A stretch of DNA of 64,000 bases. It comes from Candidatus Staskawiczbacteria bacterium. GTDB taxonomy: Bacteria > Patescibacteriota > Minisyncoccia > Minisyncoccales > Staskawiczbacteraceae. This document shows positions 38,419 to 46,591 of the stretch, in pieces (position 1 is the first letter of the stretch; each line of letters begins with the position of its first letter). Location: assembly GCA_903885445.1 (NCBI GenBank), contig CAISIO010000006.1:79309-143308 (forward strand), in the 5' to 3' direction. The translations under genes were made by a program, and so were the position numbers. Below the pieces are notes generated by a model. It saw only the letters and a list, made by a program, of their open reading frames with translations, searched no databases and was not told where the DNA came from.

Positions 38419-40143
38419 TTATTTCTTAAAATACTTTAACAAATCTTCAATCGGCAAGGTGTTGATTATATCTCCCTTTTCTGCCCAGCCGCGGCGCGCT
38501 TGAGAAACTCCGTATTCCATATAATCTAATTGTTCTTTCTTGTGTGCATCTGTATTAATTATCATTTTTACTCCTTCATTTTTAGCGCGGCGGATATATA
38601 AATCCCTCAGGTCTAATCTGGAAGAAGAATTAATTTCCAAAATCGTTCCGGTTTCTTTTGCAAGTTTTAATATTTTATCAAAATCAACTTGATACTCATC
38701 TCTCTGCCCTACAATTCTTCCGGTCGGGTGAGCTAAAATATCTATATTGGGATTTTTCATTGCTTTTTCAATCCGCGCCATCATTTCTTTTTTCTCCATT
38801 TTTAATATCGAATGCACGCCGGCAATCACGTAATCTAATTTTTCCAAAACCTCATCTTTTATATCTACCGAACCGTCTGCCATAATGTTTGCCTCGCATC
38901 CATGCAACACTTTAAACTTTTTTCCCTGCTTTTCAAGTTTCTCATTTATCTTTTTAATTGCCTCGTGTTGTTTTAATAATTGTTTCTCATCCAAGCCGTG
39001 TTCAATTTTTAAAAACTTTGTGTGGTCAGAAATGCCGATATATTCATATCCTAAATCCATCGCAGTCTTCGCCATTTGTTCTATAGAATCCTCTCCGCCA
39101 TCCCAATCAGAATGGCAGTGCAAGTCGCCCTTAATATCTTTTACATCAAATAATTTTGGCAATTTTCCCCGCAACGCGGCATCGATTTCTCCTTCATTTT
39201 CCCTCAACTCCGGCTCAATCCATGGGAGTCCAATGGCCTTATAGACATTTTCTTCTGTGACGCCAGCAATTTGTTTTTTACCTGCAAAAACGCCGTACTC
39301 TGAAAGTTTTAAACCCTTCTCAATGGCGATACGCCTGGTAGCAATATTATGGTCTTTGCTTCCCGTAAAATACTGCAAAGCAGAACCATAGCTTCTTTTT
39401 TGCACAATCCTTAAATCCATATCAAAACCTTCGCGCATTCTTATGGAAGCTTTTGTCCCGCCCTTAGCCCAAACCTTTTCTACGCCGGGAAGCTTCACAA
39501 AAAAATCCATAACTTTTGTAGGACTCTTTGAAACAACTAATATATCTACATCTCCAATTGTTTCTTTTCTTCTTCTTGTTGAGCCGGCGATACTTATTTG
39601 GTCAACTTCTTTCAAAAATTTTAATTTCTCTACAACACTTCTTGCAGTCGGCAAAATCTCATGCAACAAGAACCTTCCCTTATCTCTTTTTAGAAACTCT
39701 AACCCCTGCAAAATATTTTTCTCTGTTTTTTCGCCAAATCCGAAAAGCGGGGATATTTCATGGGCATTCGCAGCTTTTTCCAAGTCTTTTAAATTTTTAA
39801 CTCCCAATTTTTGGTAAAGCGTCCTTGCTTTTTTAGCTCCCATCCCCTCAACTCTTACCAATTCGTCTAAATCAATCGGAAGCTGTTTTTTAAATTTTTC
39901 GTATTGCTTAACTTTTCCTGTCTTCAGATACTCTTCAATATGGTCTGAAATCGCCTTTCCGACTCCGGGAATTTCCATTAGAGCCCTTATTCCTCCTTTC
40001 ACATAAACATCTCCGACATCTTCATTCAGCAACTCTAAAGAAATCGCCGCCCTCTCATATGCATATGGCTTAAAAGCCACGCCATCCATTCTAAGGAACC
40101 GCGCCATATCATTGAATATTTTTGCCAACTCTTGGTTTCTCAT
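38419..40143 (-). CDS. polX: DNA polymerase X family protein with a C-terminal PHP domain
   Basis: HhH region, Pol-beta nucleotidyltransferase GSTRRRKETIGDVDILV, and PHP DLHCHSDWDGG. The ATG at 40143 (MRNQELAKIF) is used; the ORF-track N-terminal extension overlaps the upstream gene. Confidence 0.85.
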   Translation of the reverse strand: MRNQELAKIFNDMARFLRMDGVAFKPYAYERAAISLELLNEDVGDVYVKGGIRALMEIPGVGKAISDHIEEYLKTGKVKQYEKFKKQLPIDLDELVRVEGMGAKKARTLYQKLGVKNLKDLEKAANAHEISPLFGFGEKTEKNILQGLEFLKRDKGRFLLHEILPTARSVVEKLKFLKEVDQISIAGSTRRRKETIGDVDILVVSKSPTKVMDFFVKLPGVEKVWAKGGTKASIRMREGFDMDLRIVQKRSYGSALQYFTGSKDHNIATRRIAIEKGLKLSEYGVFAGKKQIAGVTEENVYKAIGLPWIEPELRENEGEIDAALRGKLPKLFDVKDIKGDLHCHSDWDGGEDSIEQMAKTAMDLGYEYIGISDHTKFLKIEHGLDEKQLLKQHEAIKKINEKLEKQGKKFKVLHGCEANIMADGSVDIKDEVLEKLDYVIAGVHSILKMEKKEMMARIEKAMKNPNIDILAHPTGRIVGQRDEYQVDFDKILKLAKETGTILEINSSSRLDLRDLYIRRAKNEGVKMIINTDAHKKEQLDYMEYGVSQARRGWAEKGDIINTLPIEDLLKYFKK

Positions 40144-40151
40144 TAAATTAT

Positions 40152-40790
40152 TTACGGCCCTATTACCGGCTTTCCTAATATCACTTTTTCGTTTCCTTTT
40201 AGGGAGATATGCCTCCTTATTGGTATTAAAATTAATACGGACACAAAATTCAAAACGCTGACGGCCACAAAGAGTACTCCAAATCCAAGTGCTCCGGCAA
40301 TAATCCCTCCCAATCCGCCAGCTATGCCAGCTCCCGCTCCGATCGAAGTGCTTTCCATGCCCCATTCTAAGCCCTCCTTGCCCTTATCTATGTGCCTGGT
40401 AAAAATTGCCAGCCAGGAAGGAAGCGCCAACGCCATGCCGAAAGCGTACAAAATCTGGAGGAGATAAATATGCCACGGAGCCGAAGAAAGCATATAGCCG
40501 AGTGGCACAAAAGCCATTAAAAAATAACCGAAAACCATAAACCAAAAATCATCCCTCTCGCCTCTCTTCTTGTCTAAAAAATATCCTATAGGTATTTCAA
40601 TTAAAGATTTTGGTATCCAATAGAACAAAGCTGAAAAACCAGCGACTTCCGCCGCTATTAAAGGGTTTCCCATTGTTATGTTACGTAAAATAAATATGGC
40701 AAAAACCGGGGACAACAACCCCCATCCTAAATTAAGGAAAAAATCCGCGGTTATTAACGTTCTCACTATTTTGTTTATAATTTCTGGCAT
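40152..40790 (-). CDS. half-size MFS-like membrane protein (6 TM)
   Basis: MFS motif-A-like GYFLDKKRGERDDF between TM2 and TM3. Only about 212 aa. Confidence 0.55.
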   Translation of the reverse strand: MPEIINKIVRTLITADFFLNLGWGLLSPVFAIFILRNITMGNPLIAAEVAGFSALFYWIPKSLIEIPIGYFLDKKRGERDDFWFMVFGYFLMAFVPLGYMLSSAPWHIYLLQILYAFGMALALPSWLAIFTRHIDKGKEGLEWGMESTSIGAGAGIAGGLGGIIAGALGFGVLFVAVSVLNFVSVLILIPIRRHISLKGNEKVILGKPVIGP

Positions 40791-40866
40791 GATTTTTATT
40801 AAGAATGTTATTTTAGCATTATACTATATTGCAGGGGAAATCAAAAAGCCCCTTACGGGGCTTTTC

Positions 40867-41499
40867 CTAACGCTTTATTTTACTGTGGTGGAACTTCTTC
40901 GCTATTTCATCTATAAATTCCAGTGAAGTATTATCGTCAAAAAATTCTCTAGCCCAAGCCCACCATGGTCCTTGCGGGGGAGTTTTATATTTTTTGTGGT
41001 ATTCTACCGCCTGAAGAAAATTTTCAAGGCGGTCGGCTTGCTTAAAAAACCTCCCTTCTTTAGTCAGCCCTTTTTCATAATCATACCAAAGATGCATCAT
41101 TTCGCTTCTAAGATTTCTGGGCAAATCTTTGGTAATTTTTTCCAAAGCCTCTTTTTCTTTCTTGTACTTTTTATCCTTTAGTCTTTTTTTCTCTTTATCG
41201 GAAAACCTTGGCCAAGTCTTCATAAGCTCCCTCCTTTTTTTGGCATCTTTGGGCAAAATAGAGTCATAAGGCGTTGTATCGCCAGCGTAAACCTCGCATA
41301 TGTCATGAATCAAGGCGGTTTTCAAAAGCCTCTCTATATTAAGTTTTTTGTTACTGCCTAAAATCCAGGCCATCAACGAAGCTCTGAAAACATGGTCGGC
41401 TATGCTTTCCGGATTTTTAATATCGTTTATCACCCAGCCACGCCTCGGCATATCTTTCAGTTTGCCGACCTGAGTAAAAAAATTGATGAGGTCTTTCAT
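40867..41499 (-). CDS. HD-domain phosphohydrolase (YfbR-like)
   Basis: ESIADHVFR and LIHDICEVYAGD. Confidence 0.8.
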   Translation of the reverse strand: MKDLINFFTQVGKLKDMPRRGWVINDIKNPESIADHVFRASLMAWILGSNKKLNIERLLKTALIHDICEVYAGDTTPYDSILPKDAKKRRELMKTWPRFSDKEKKRLKDKKYKKEKEALEKITKDLPRNLRSEMMHLWYDYEKGLTKEGRFFKQADRLENFLQAVEYHKKYKTPPQGPWWAWAREFFDDNTSLEFIDEIAKKFHHSKIKR

Positions 41500-41501
41500 T
41501 T

Positions 41502-41978
41502 TTAATTTATTTCGTATTTTATATTCTTCACTTTGTAGGTTATCTTCATCGGAGAAGAAAGGACTATTTCATCTCCTATTTTGTGCCCCAAAAGAGCTCT
41601 GCCCACAGGAGATTCGTTACTAATTTTTCCTAGGGCGGGATTGGCTTCAAGCGTGCCCACAATGGTGAATTCGTCCTTCTGGCCGTCTACGTCTATTTTA
41701 ACCCTTGCTCCAAGCCCAACAACTCCTTGCTTATCTTTCGCAGGGCTTTTTATCAGTTCGTGGCGCTCTATAATATTTCTCAACTCATCGATCCTTGATC
41801 TTAAAAAACCTATATCCTCCTGGAAACTGACAAACTCAGGATTCAAATCTTCAGATTCTAAAATTTTCGGCGCCTCTAACACCAAATCTTTTTTATGCTC
41901 AAGCTCAAGGAGCTCTTCGTACTCTTTTTTAATTTCCTGCAATTTTTCCTTGGTTATGTAAAAAATTTTTCCATCCAT
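41502..41978 (-). CDS. greA: transcription elongation factor GreA
   Basis: Coiled-coil N-terminus and C-terminal ISNESPVGRALLGHKIGDEI. Confidence 0.9.
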   Translation of the reverse strand: MDGKIFYITKEKLQEIKKEYEELLELEHKKDLVLEAPKILESEDLNPEFVSFQEDIGFLRSRIDELRNIIERHELIKSPAKDKQGVVGLGARVKIDVDGQKDEFTIVGTLEANPALGKISNESPVGRALLGHKIGDEIVLSSPMKITYKVKNIKYEIN

Positions 41979-42030
41979 GTTGTTTGTTTAATATATAATG
42001 GTATTCCCGCTCATCCGAAATGTCAATACG

Positions 42031-43290
42031 CTAAAATAGAGTTTCTTGGTCCATTTCGCGCTTCTTGCCGGCCGATTTTTTATTTTCAGAAAAAATCTTA
42101 ATTTTTCCGTAGACTCCATCGTATCCAGGCTCAATAAAAACCTCCCCCTCGCGCATTTTAATAACAGCTTTTGCGATTTCCGGCGAAGATTTTTCTTTTA
42201 TTTCCTTTTCCGTTGAATCCAATAATATTTTAAATTCGTTTCCCAGGCCCCTGATCAAATTATTATAATTTACCGTGACTTCTTTTGATGCGACAGAAGT
42301 CCCTATTGCTTCGGCAATCACCTCATTTAAGGGAATCAAACTTTTAAACGGAATGGAATTTTTAGGAACAAATCCTTCCGGTCTGTCGGCTAATTCTTCA
42401 ACCCTATTTAAAACTCCTATAACGAGCGGTTTTCCACACCTCGGGCAGATATTATTGTATTTTTTAGATTGAGAGGGCTTTAAACTCAAGTCGCACAACC
42501 GGTGTCCGTCATAATGGTATTTTCCTTCTTCGGGAAAAAATTCAATGGTATATAAAAACTTTTTTTTGTTTTTTGTCTTCAACGCGTCCGCAATTCCCGC
42601 ATAGCTCAACTCCGTATCAAAAACATTTGCCTCTCTGCCGATTTTAGGCAAAGAGTGCGCGTCGCTGTTGGAAATCAAAGAAACTTTGTCCAATTGCGAC
42701 AATCTCCAATTCATTGCGGGGTCAGAAGACAACCCCGTTTCAACCGCGTAAATATATTTTGTATATTCCTCGAAGCATTCCTCCAAAGAATCAAATCCAG
42801 ACTTCGAACCGAAAACAGAAAACCACGGAGTCCAGATATGAGCGGGCACAACCAAACAATCTTTGTCCGCGGCCCAGGCAATTTTTGCCAATTCTTTCGC
42901 ATCCAGTCCCAAAATCGGCCTTCCGTCTGAATGCAAATTTCCAATTTTATTTAATTCAAAATTTATCTTTTCAACCGCTTCAATCGATGGCGCAAAAATA
43001 ACTATATGCACCTTCCTGACCTTGCCTGTTTTTTTATAAATACAGCTTATTTCTGAAGTTAAAATAAATCTCGTGGCAGAATCTGCCCCGCGCAGTTTAA
43101 AAAGCCCGGGCTCAGCCGACTCTAACTCTTTTTTTATTTCTTCAATCCATTTAGGGTGGGTAAAATCTCCTGTGCCTAAAACTTTAATTCCTTTTGTCGC
43201 TGCCCAACTGTCTAGGTTCGCTAAATTTATTGAAGGCGAAGTCGCCCTAGAATATTTGGAATGTATATGGAAATCAGCTGCAAATTTCAT
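42031..43290 (-). CDS. Endonuclease Q-like PHP-domain nuclease
   Basis: N-terminal ADFHIHSKYSRATS, mid-protein SNSDAHS and zinc finger CPRCGKPL. Architecture matches the EndoQ-type family. Confidence 0.65.
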   Translation of the reverse strand: MKFAADFHIHSKYSRATSPSINLANLDSWAATKGIKVLGTGDFTHPKWIEEIKKELESAEPGLFKLRGADSATRFILTSEISCIYKKTGKVRKVHIVIFAPSIEAVEKINFELNKIGNLHSDGRPILGLDAKELAKIAWAADKDCLVVPAHIWTPWFSVFGSKSGFDSLEECFEEYTKYIYAVETGLSSDPAMNWRLSQLDKVSLISNSDAHSLPKIGREANVFDTELSYAGIADALKTKNKKKFLYTIEFFPEEGKYHYDGHRLCDLSLKPSQSKKYNNICPRCGKPLVIGVLNRVEELADRPEGFVPKNSIPFKSLIPLNEVIAEAIGTSVASKEVTVNYNNLIRGLGNEFKILLDSTEKEIKEKSSPEIAKAVIKMREGEVFIEPGYDGVYGKIKIFSENKKSAGKKREMDQETLF

Positions 43291-43294
43291 TTTT

Positions 43295-44590
43295 TTATAT
43301 ATTTGGCGTTAATTTTATCAAACCAAACCTTCTCTTAGGATTGGCTTTATTATACGCATCCACGGCATCTTTAAAATTATGGCCTGAGCCGTACACCAAT
43401 AAGATTAATTTCTTTCCTCCAGTTTCTGTTTTAGAAATAAAATTTACCGCGGCATCTTCTCTCGGCCGAAAAGCAAAAGAGGCGAATCTTTTATTCGCCT
43501 CGACTAATTCGTTTTTACCTTCTAACGCCACCTGTTTTTCAACTTCTCTTAAAGCATCGACTGCTTTGTTAATGACAGTTTCGTCTTCGGCAGGATTTAT
43601 TTTTATCTTTCCATCAATTAATAGTTTGAGCTCAGCCCCAGCCCTGTAAATACCGTCCAAACTTAAAAGTTCATTTTTCCCCGAACGAGCATCTTCTAAT
43701 AGTTTAACTGCTTTTGCAAACTTTTCTTCCTCAGTTTTTTGATGCGACTCTTGGCCTATTCCATTCTCATCTTTTTTAAATTTTGGAGGATTTTTTTGAA
43801 AATATTTCTCCATTTTTTCCATTTCTTTAAAAAGAATATAACAATCGACTCCATCTGCTTTTCCTACCTCCATGCCGACGGCCGCTAGCATCGACAATCG
43901 CTCCAACTCTCTTGCTTTTACGCAAAAAGCTTCAACGGTCGGTTGTGTTTCGGATGTTTTTTTGCGGACATCGGAGATGTATGCCAGGTAGGATAAAAGA
44001 ATTTTTGTAGTATATCCCTCGACACATACCTCATCACAGGCTCCCCCTCCCTGAAGATCTAATGTAATTTTCTCGATATTTTTCTGGACAGCTATAACTT
44101 TTCTTTTGAAAAGGCTCCTTTCCACATCGCTTCCCGTCGGAGGCTCGTGCACTTGGCCAATGTGAATAATATATGGCCCCGTGCCGTTATCAATTTCCAT
44201 TTCCGCGGAAAAATTATTTTGTTCCGCGATTTTTTCCATATCAACTCCCGTTCTTTTCTCTATAATCTTTCCCTTGGAACCCTTTTCTACTTTTGAAACC
44301 TCTTTTCCTGATTTATATAATCCGGCTCCGCCTACGACCGCGGCAGCGCCGATGCCCACCAATTTCAAAAATCCCCTCCTGGTTAGTTTGGCCGGATGCG
44401 AGCTCAAAGTTTCTTCAGATTTATCGCACTCTATGGCCGATTCTAATTTATTGGTCATTTCCACGGCTTGGGCGATGTCATCCGCCGCGCGTCTCAAATC
44501 TTCGGTAATTCCTTCCCGATTTATAGTTTCTCTCTGCTCGTCGTCTTGTGTCGTCGATTGCTCCTGTTCTCCGGGCATTCTTTCATTCAT
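43295..44590 (-). CDS. hypothetical protein with an internal twin-arginine-like hydrophobic segment
   Basis: Acidic N-terminus, then LTRRGFLKLVGIGAAAVVGGAG. Later HIGQVHE and VYGSGHNF loosely recall TraB/GumN-type motifs. Confidence 0.65.
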   Translation of the reverse strand: MNERMPGEQEQSTTQDDEQRETINREGITEDLRRAADDIAQAVEMTNKLESAIECDKSEETLSSHPAKLTRRGFLKLVGIGAAAVVGGAGLYKSGKEVSKVEKGSKGKIIEKRTGVDMEKIAEQNNFSAEMEIDNGTGPYIIHIGQVHEPPTGSDVERSLFKRKVIAVQKNIEKITLDLQGGGACDEVCVEGYTTKILLSYLAYISDVRKKTSETQPTVEAFCVKARELERLSMLAAVGMEVGKADGVDCYILFKEMEKMEKYFQKNPPKFKKDENGIGQESHQKTEEEKFAKAVKLLEDARSGKNELLSLDGIYRAGAELKLLIDGKIKINPAEDETVINKAVDALREVEKQVALEGKNELVEANKRFASFAFRPREDAAVNFISKTETGGKKLILLVYGSGHNFKDAVDAYNKANPKRRFGLIKLTPNI

Positions 44591-45012
44591 ATTTTCTTTA
44601 AAAGCTCGCCAATTAAAAAATTTACAAAATCTTTCTTACTTACTAAAAATTCCGACAAATCGGCGCCCTTTTTAAGCTGGCGCGCCTTAAGGGATGGAAC
44701 AAACCAAAAAGTTTCCTCTAAATCTTGTTTTACGGCGTCAAAATACACAAATAAAAAATAAAGGCCGTTCTCTGCTTTAAAATTTTTGCCGCCAATCAGC
44801 TGGCCTATCTTATCCTCAAGTTTTCCGCCGCCGGGTCTCTCAATGCCGAGAATATCCAAAACAAGTGCTTCACTCTTGTAATCTCCTTTCTTTTCAACAG
44901 TCAAAACGGTCTTCAAATTTTCCGGCTTAAAAACAACCAGCCTGCCGCCGGACCCCAAAGAGATTAAATCAATAATTTTATTTTCAATTTCCTCTTGTAG
45001 GTTGTCTGTCAT
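44587..45012 (-). CDS. hypothetical protein (141 aa)
   Basis: ORF overlapping the downstream gene by 4 nt. No motif recognised. Confidence 0.6.
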   Translation of the reverse strand: MTDNLQEEIENKIIDLISLGSGGRLVVFKPENLKTVLTVEKKGDYKSEALVLDILGIERPGGGKLEDKIGQLIGGKNFKAENGLYFLFVYFDAVKQDLEETFWFVPSLKARQLKKGADLSEFLVSKKDFVNFLIGELLKKI

Positions 45013-45014
45013 CC

Positions 45015-45308
45015 TTAAATCTTAAAAACCTTATATCCTTCGTGGACTTTTTCATCTATTTTTATCCCGACAGAATCTCCCTTCTTGCCCGTTTTCACTT
45101 CTTTACGGTCAATTTGCATAGACCCGACTTCCTGGTCAAAATCAGTTTCTTGCCCGCCGACTACCCTTATTTTTTCGCCAACTTTCAAGGGCGAAGCTAA
45201 ATTAATAACCGCGACCTCAATATTGGAAAAATAATGGGTTATTTTCCCGATTAGTTTTTCTTTTTTTACGGTTTTACGAGCATTTTTTTTCGTTATTTTT
45301 TTTGCCAT
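45015..45308 (-). CDS. small EF-Tu-domain-2-like beta-barrel protein
   Basis: LKVGEKIRVVG and TGKKGDSVGIKI resemble the translation-factor domain II barrel. ATG at 45308 (MAKKITKK). Confidence 0.6.
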   Translation of the reverse strand: MAKKITKKNARKTVKKEKLIGKITHYFSNIEVAVINLASPLKVGEKIRVVGGQETDFDQEVGSMQIDRKEVKTGKKGDSVGIKIDEKVHEGYKVFKI

Positions 45309-45380
45309 GTTTTTATTTTTTAGCTTATATATCTTAGCTTCTGACTTTATATTAGCATTCTGTTGTTTTTTTTCAATCAA

Positions 45381-45545
45381 AAACCGCCTCAAATGAGGCG
45401 GGCTTTGATCGAGAGGGTTAATAATTCACAACGATCTTGGATGTTCTAGAGCCCAAATTCGGACAATGAATTTGGTATATGTTTATACCACGCTCGCTGG
45501 AAACTACTATGTCCTTGAGAATAAATCTCGCACCCTCTCATAAAT
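45381..45545 (-). ncRNA. Candidate structured small RNA or cis-leader (class unknown), including its terminator
   Basis: Promoter-like element just upstream. Closing helix GAGAGGGU (45539..45532) with ACCCUCUC (45418..45411). Internal hairpins CCAAATTC/GAATTTGG (45453..45475) and GGTATA/TATACC (45474..45489). Terminator CCGCCTC-ATTT-GAGGCGG plus TTTT at 45401..45381. Confidence 0.3.
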
Positions 45546-45548
45546 GCT

Positions 45549-45576
45549 ATTCTATTATAAAATATAAAAATGTCAA
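45549..45576 (-). promoter_or_regulatory. Promoter-like element directly downstream of tRNA-Arg
   Basis: Minus strand reads TTGACA (45576..45571), a 16-nt spacer, then TAGAAT (45554..45549). Confidence 0.35.
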
Positions 45577-45579
45577 CTG

Positions 45580-45651
45580 TGCCCCCAGCTGGATTCGAAC
45601 CAGCATCGCAGGCTTCGGAAGCCTAAATTCTATCCATTGAAATATGGGGGC
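45580..45651 (-). tRNA. tRNA-Arg (anticodon CCG)
   Basis: The 72-nt cloverleaf was checked by hand. Acceptor GCCCCCA/TGGGGGC. Anticodon stem TAGGC/GCCTG with loop TTCCGAA. T arm GCTGG-TTCGAAT-CCAGC. Discriminator A. Confidence 0.9.
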
Positions 45652-45654
45652 TTA

Positions 45655-46560
45655 TCAAAAAAATAAGGTTGTTAAATATCCGATTATGGCCAATAAGGCG
45701 ATTGGCGGCAATGCCGGAATGGGCTCTTTTTCCTTTGTAAAAATCCAGTAACTAAAAAATACGCCCGCTAAAGAAAAAAAGACAATAATAATAGCCTTTA
45801 AAAAACCCGAAGGGACTGCAGACACAGCCAGCAAGCTCGGAAAAACAACATCCCCGCCGCCTAAAATCATAAAGTTTCCGCCAATTTTTACATCTTTTAA
45901 TTTATTCTTCAAATGTTTAAATTCTTTCGGAATTATAAAACCTAAAATAACTTTTTTTCCAATCATTTCTTCAGCCATTAAAATCATATGCTTTGTTTTA
46001 TAAACTGCTATAAAATCATACACAGAGAAAATCAACAACAACGCTACGACGATTGACGGGATAAGGCTCAATCCTAAAAAGCTTGAGACCCCGGCTAAAC
46101 CCAATATCATTAAGACATCATGCACCCAGACTATCGGAAATTTCAGCCATAACACTATTAAAATGCCCATCACTAAAATGGCGGCAAGCGCGGGCAAAAA
46201 TAAGTTTAAAACTGTCATTCCTCCCCAAAAAACTGTCGTAATAAAAAATCCTTTATAAATTATCTCCTTGAATTTGCTCGCCTTTTTATTTTTTAATAAA
46301 ACAAAAAGCAAAACTAAAAAAGTAACGACTAAAAAGGAAACCAAAAAATACTGCAAAAAATTAGCCGGCAAATAAATTTTCTCCAGCCCGGCTAGTTTGT
46401 TCAATTGGAACGCTCCGACAACCGCAAAAACAGAGGCCAGCGAAAATAACCCTCCTTCAATTAAAAAAACTCTCCAAAACTTTTTCCGGCTCTCCCTTTC
46501 TATTTTTTTGTCTCTAATCATTTTTGGCGGTCTATATTTCATATGAAATAATTCTATCAA
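45655..46560 (-). CDS. presenilin/signal-peptide-peptidase-like (A22 family) intramembrane aspartyl protease homologue
   Basis: Polytopic protein carrying, in order, SVYDFIAVY (YD), ILGGGDVVFP (GxGD) and IPALPP (PAL). Confidence 0.7.
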   Translation of the reverse strand: MIELFHMKYRPPKMIRDKKIERESRKKFWRVFLIEGGLFSLASVFAVVGAFQLNKLAGLEKIYLPANFLQYFLVSFLVVTFLVLLFVLLKNKKASKFKEIIYKGFFITTVFWGGMTVLNLFLPALAAILVMGILIVLWLKFPIVWVHDVLMILGLAGVSSFLGLSLIPSIVVALLLIFSVYDFIAVYKTKHMILMAEEMIGKKVILGFIIPKEFKHLKNKLKDVKIGGNFMILGGGDVVFPSLLAVSAVPSGFLKAIIIVFFSLAGVFFSYWIFTKEKEPIPALPPIALLAIIGYLTTLFF

Positions 46561-46590
46561 AAAACCGCCTCAATTAAAAGGCGGTTTTTT
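46561..46590 (-). terminator. Rho-independent terminator after the NIF3-like gene
   Basis: ACCGCCT/AGGCGGT stem with an 8-nt loop, flanked by A and T runs. Confidence 0.65.
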
Positions 46591-46591
46591 A

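Noticed and set aside
45411-45539. TPP riboswitch, SRP RNA, 6S RNA, RNase P RNA or T-box identity for the structured region
   Set aside because: By eye the region lacks the CUGAGA and ACCUGAUCUGGAUAAUGCCAGCG (TPP) blocks. It also lacks GGUCCGGAAGGAAGCAGCC (SRP), GAGGAAAGUCC (RNase P) and the T-box sequence. It is kept only as an unclassified candidate.
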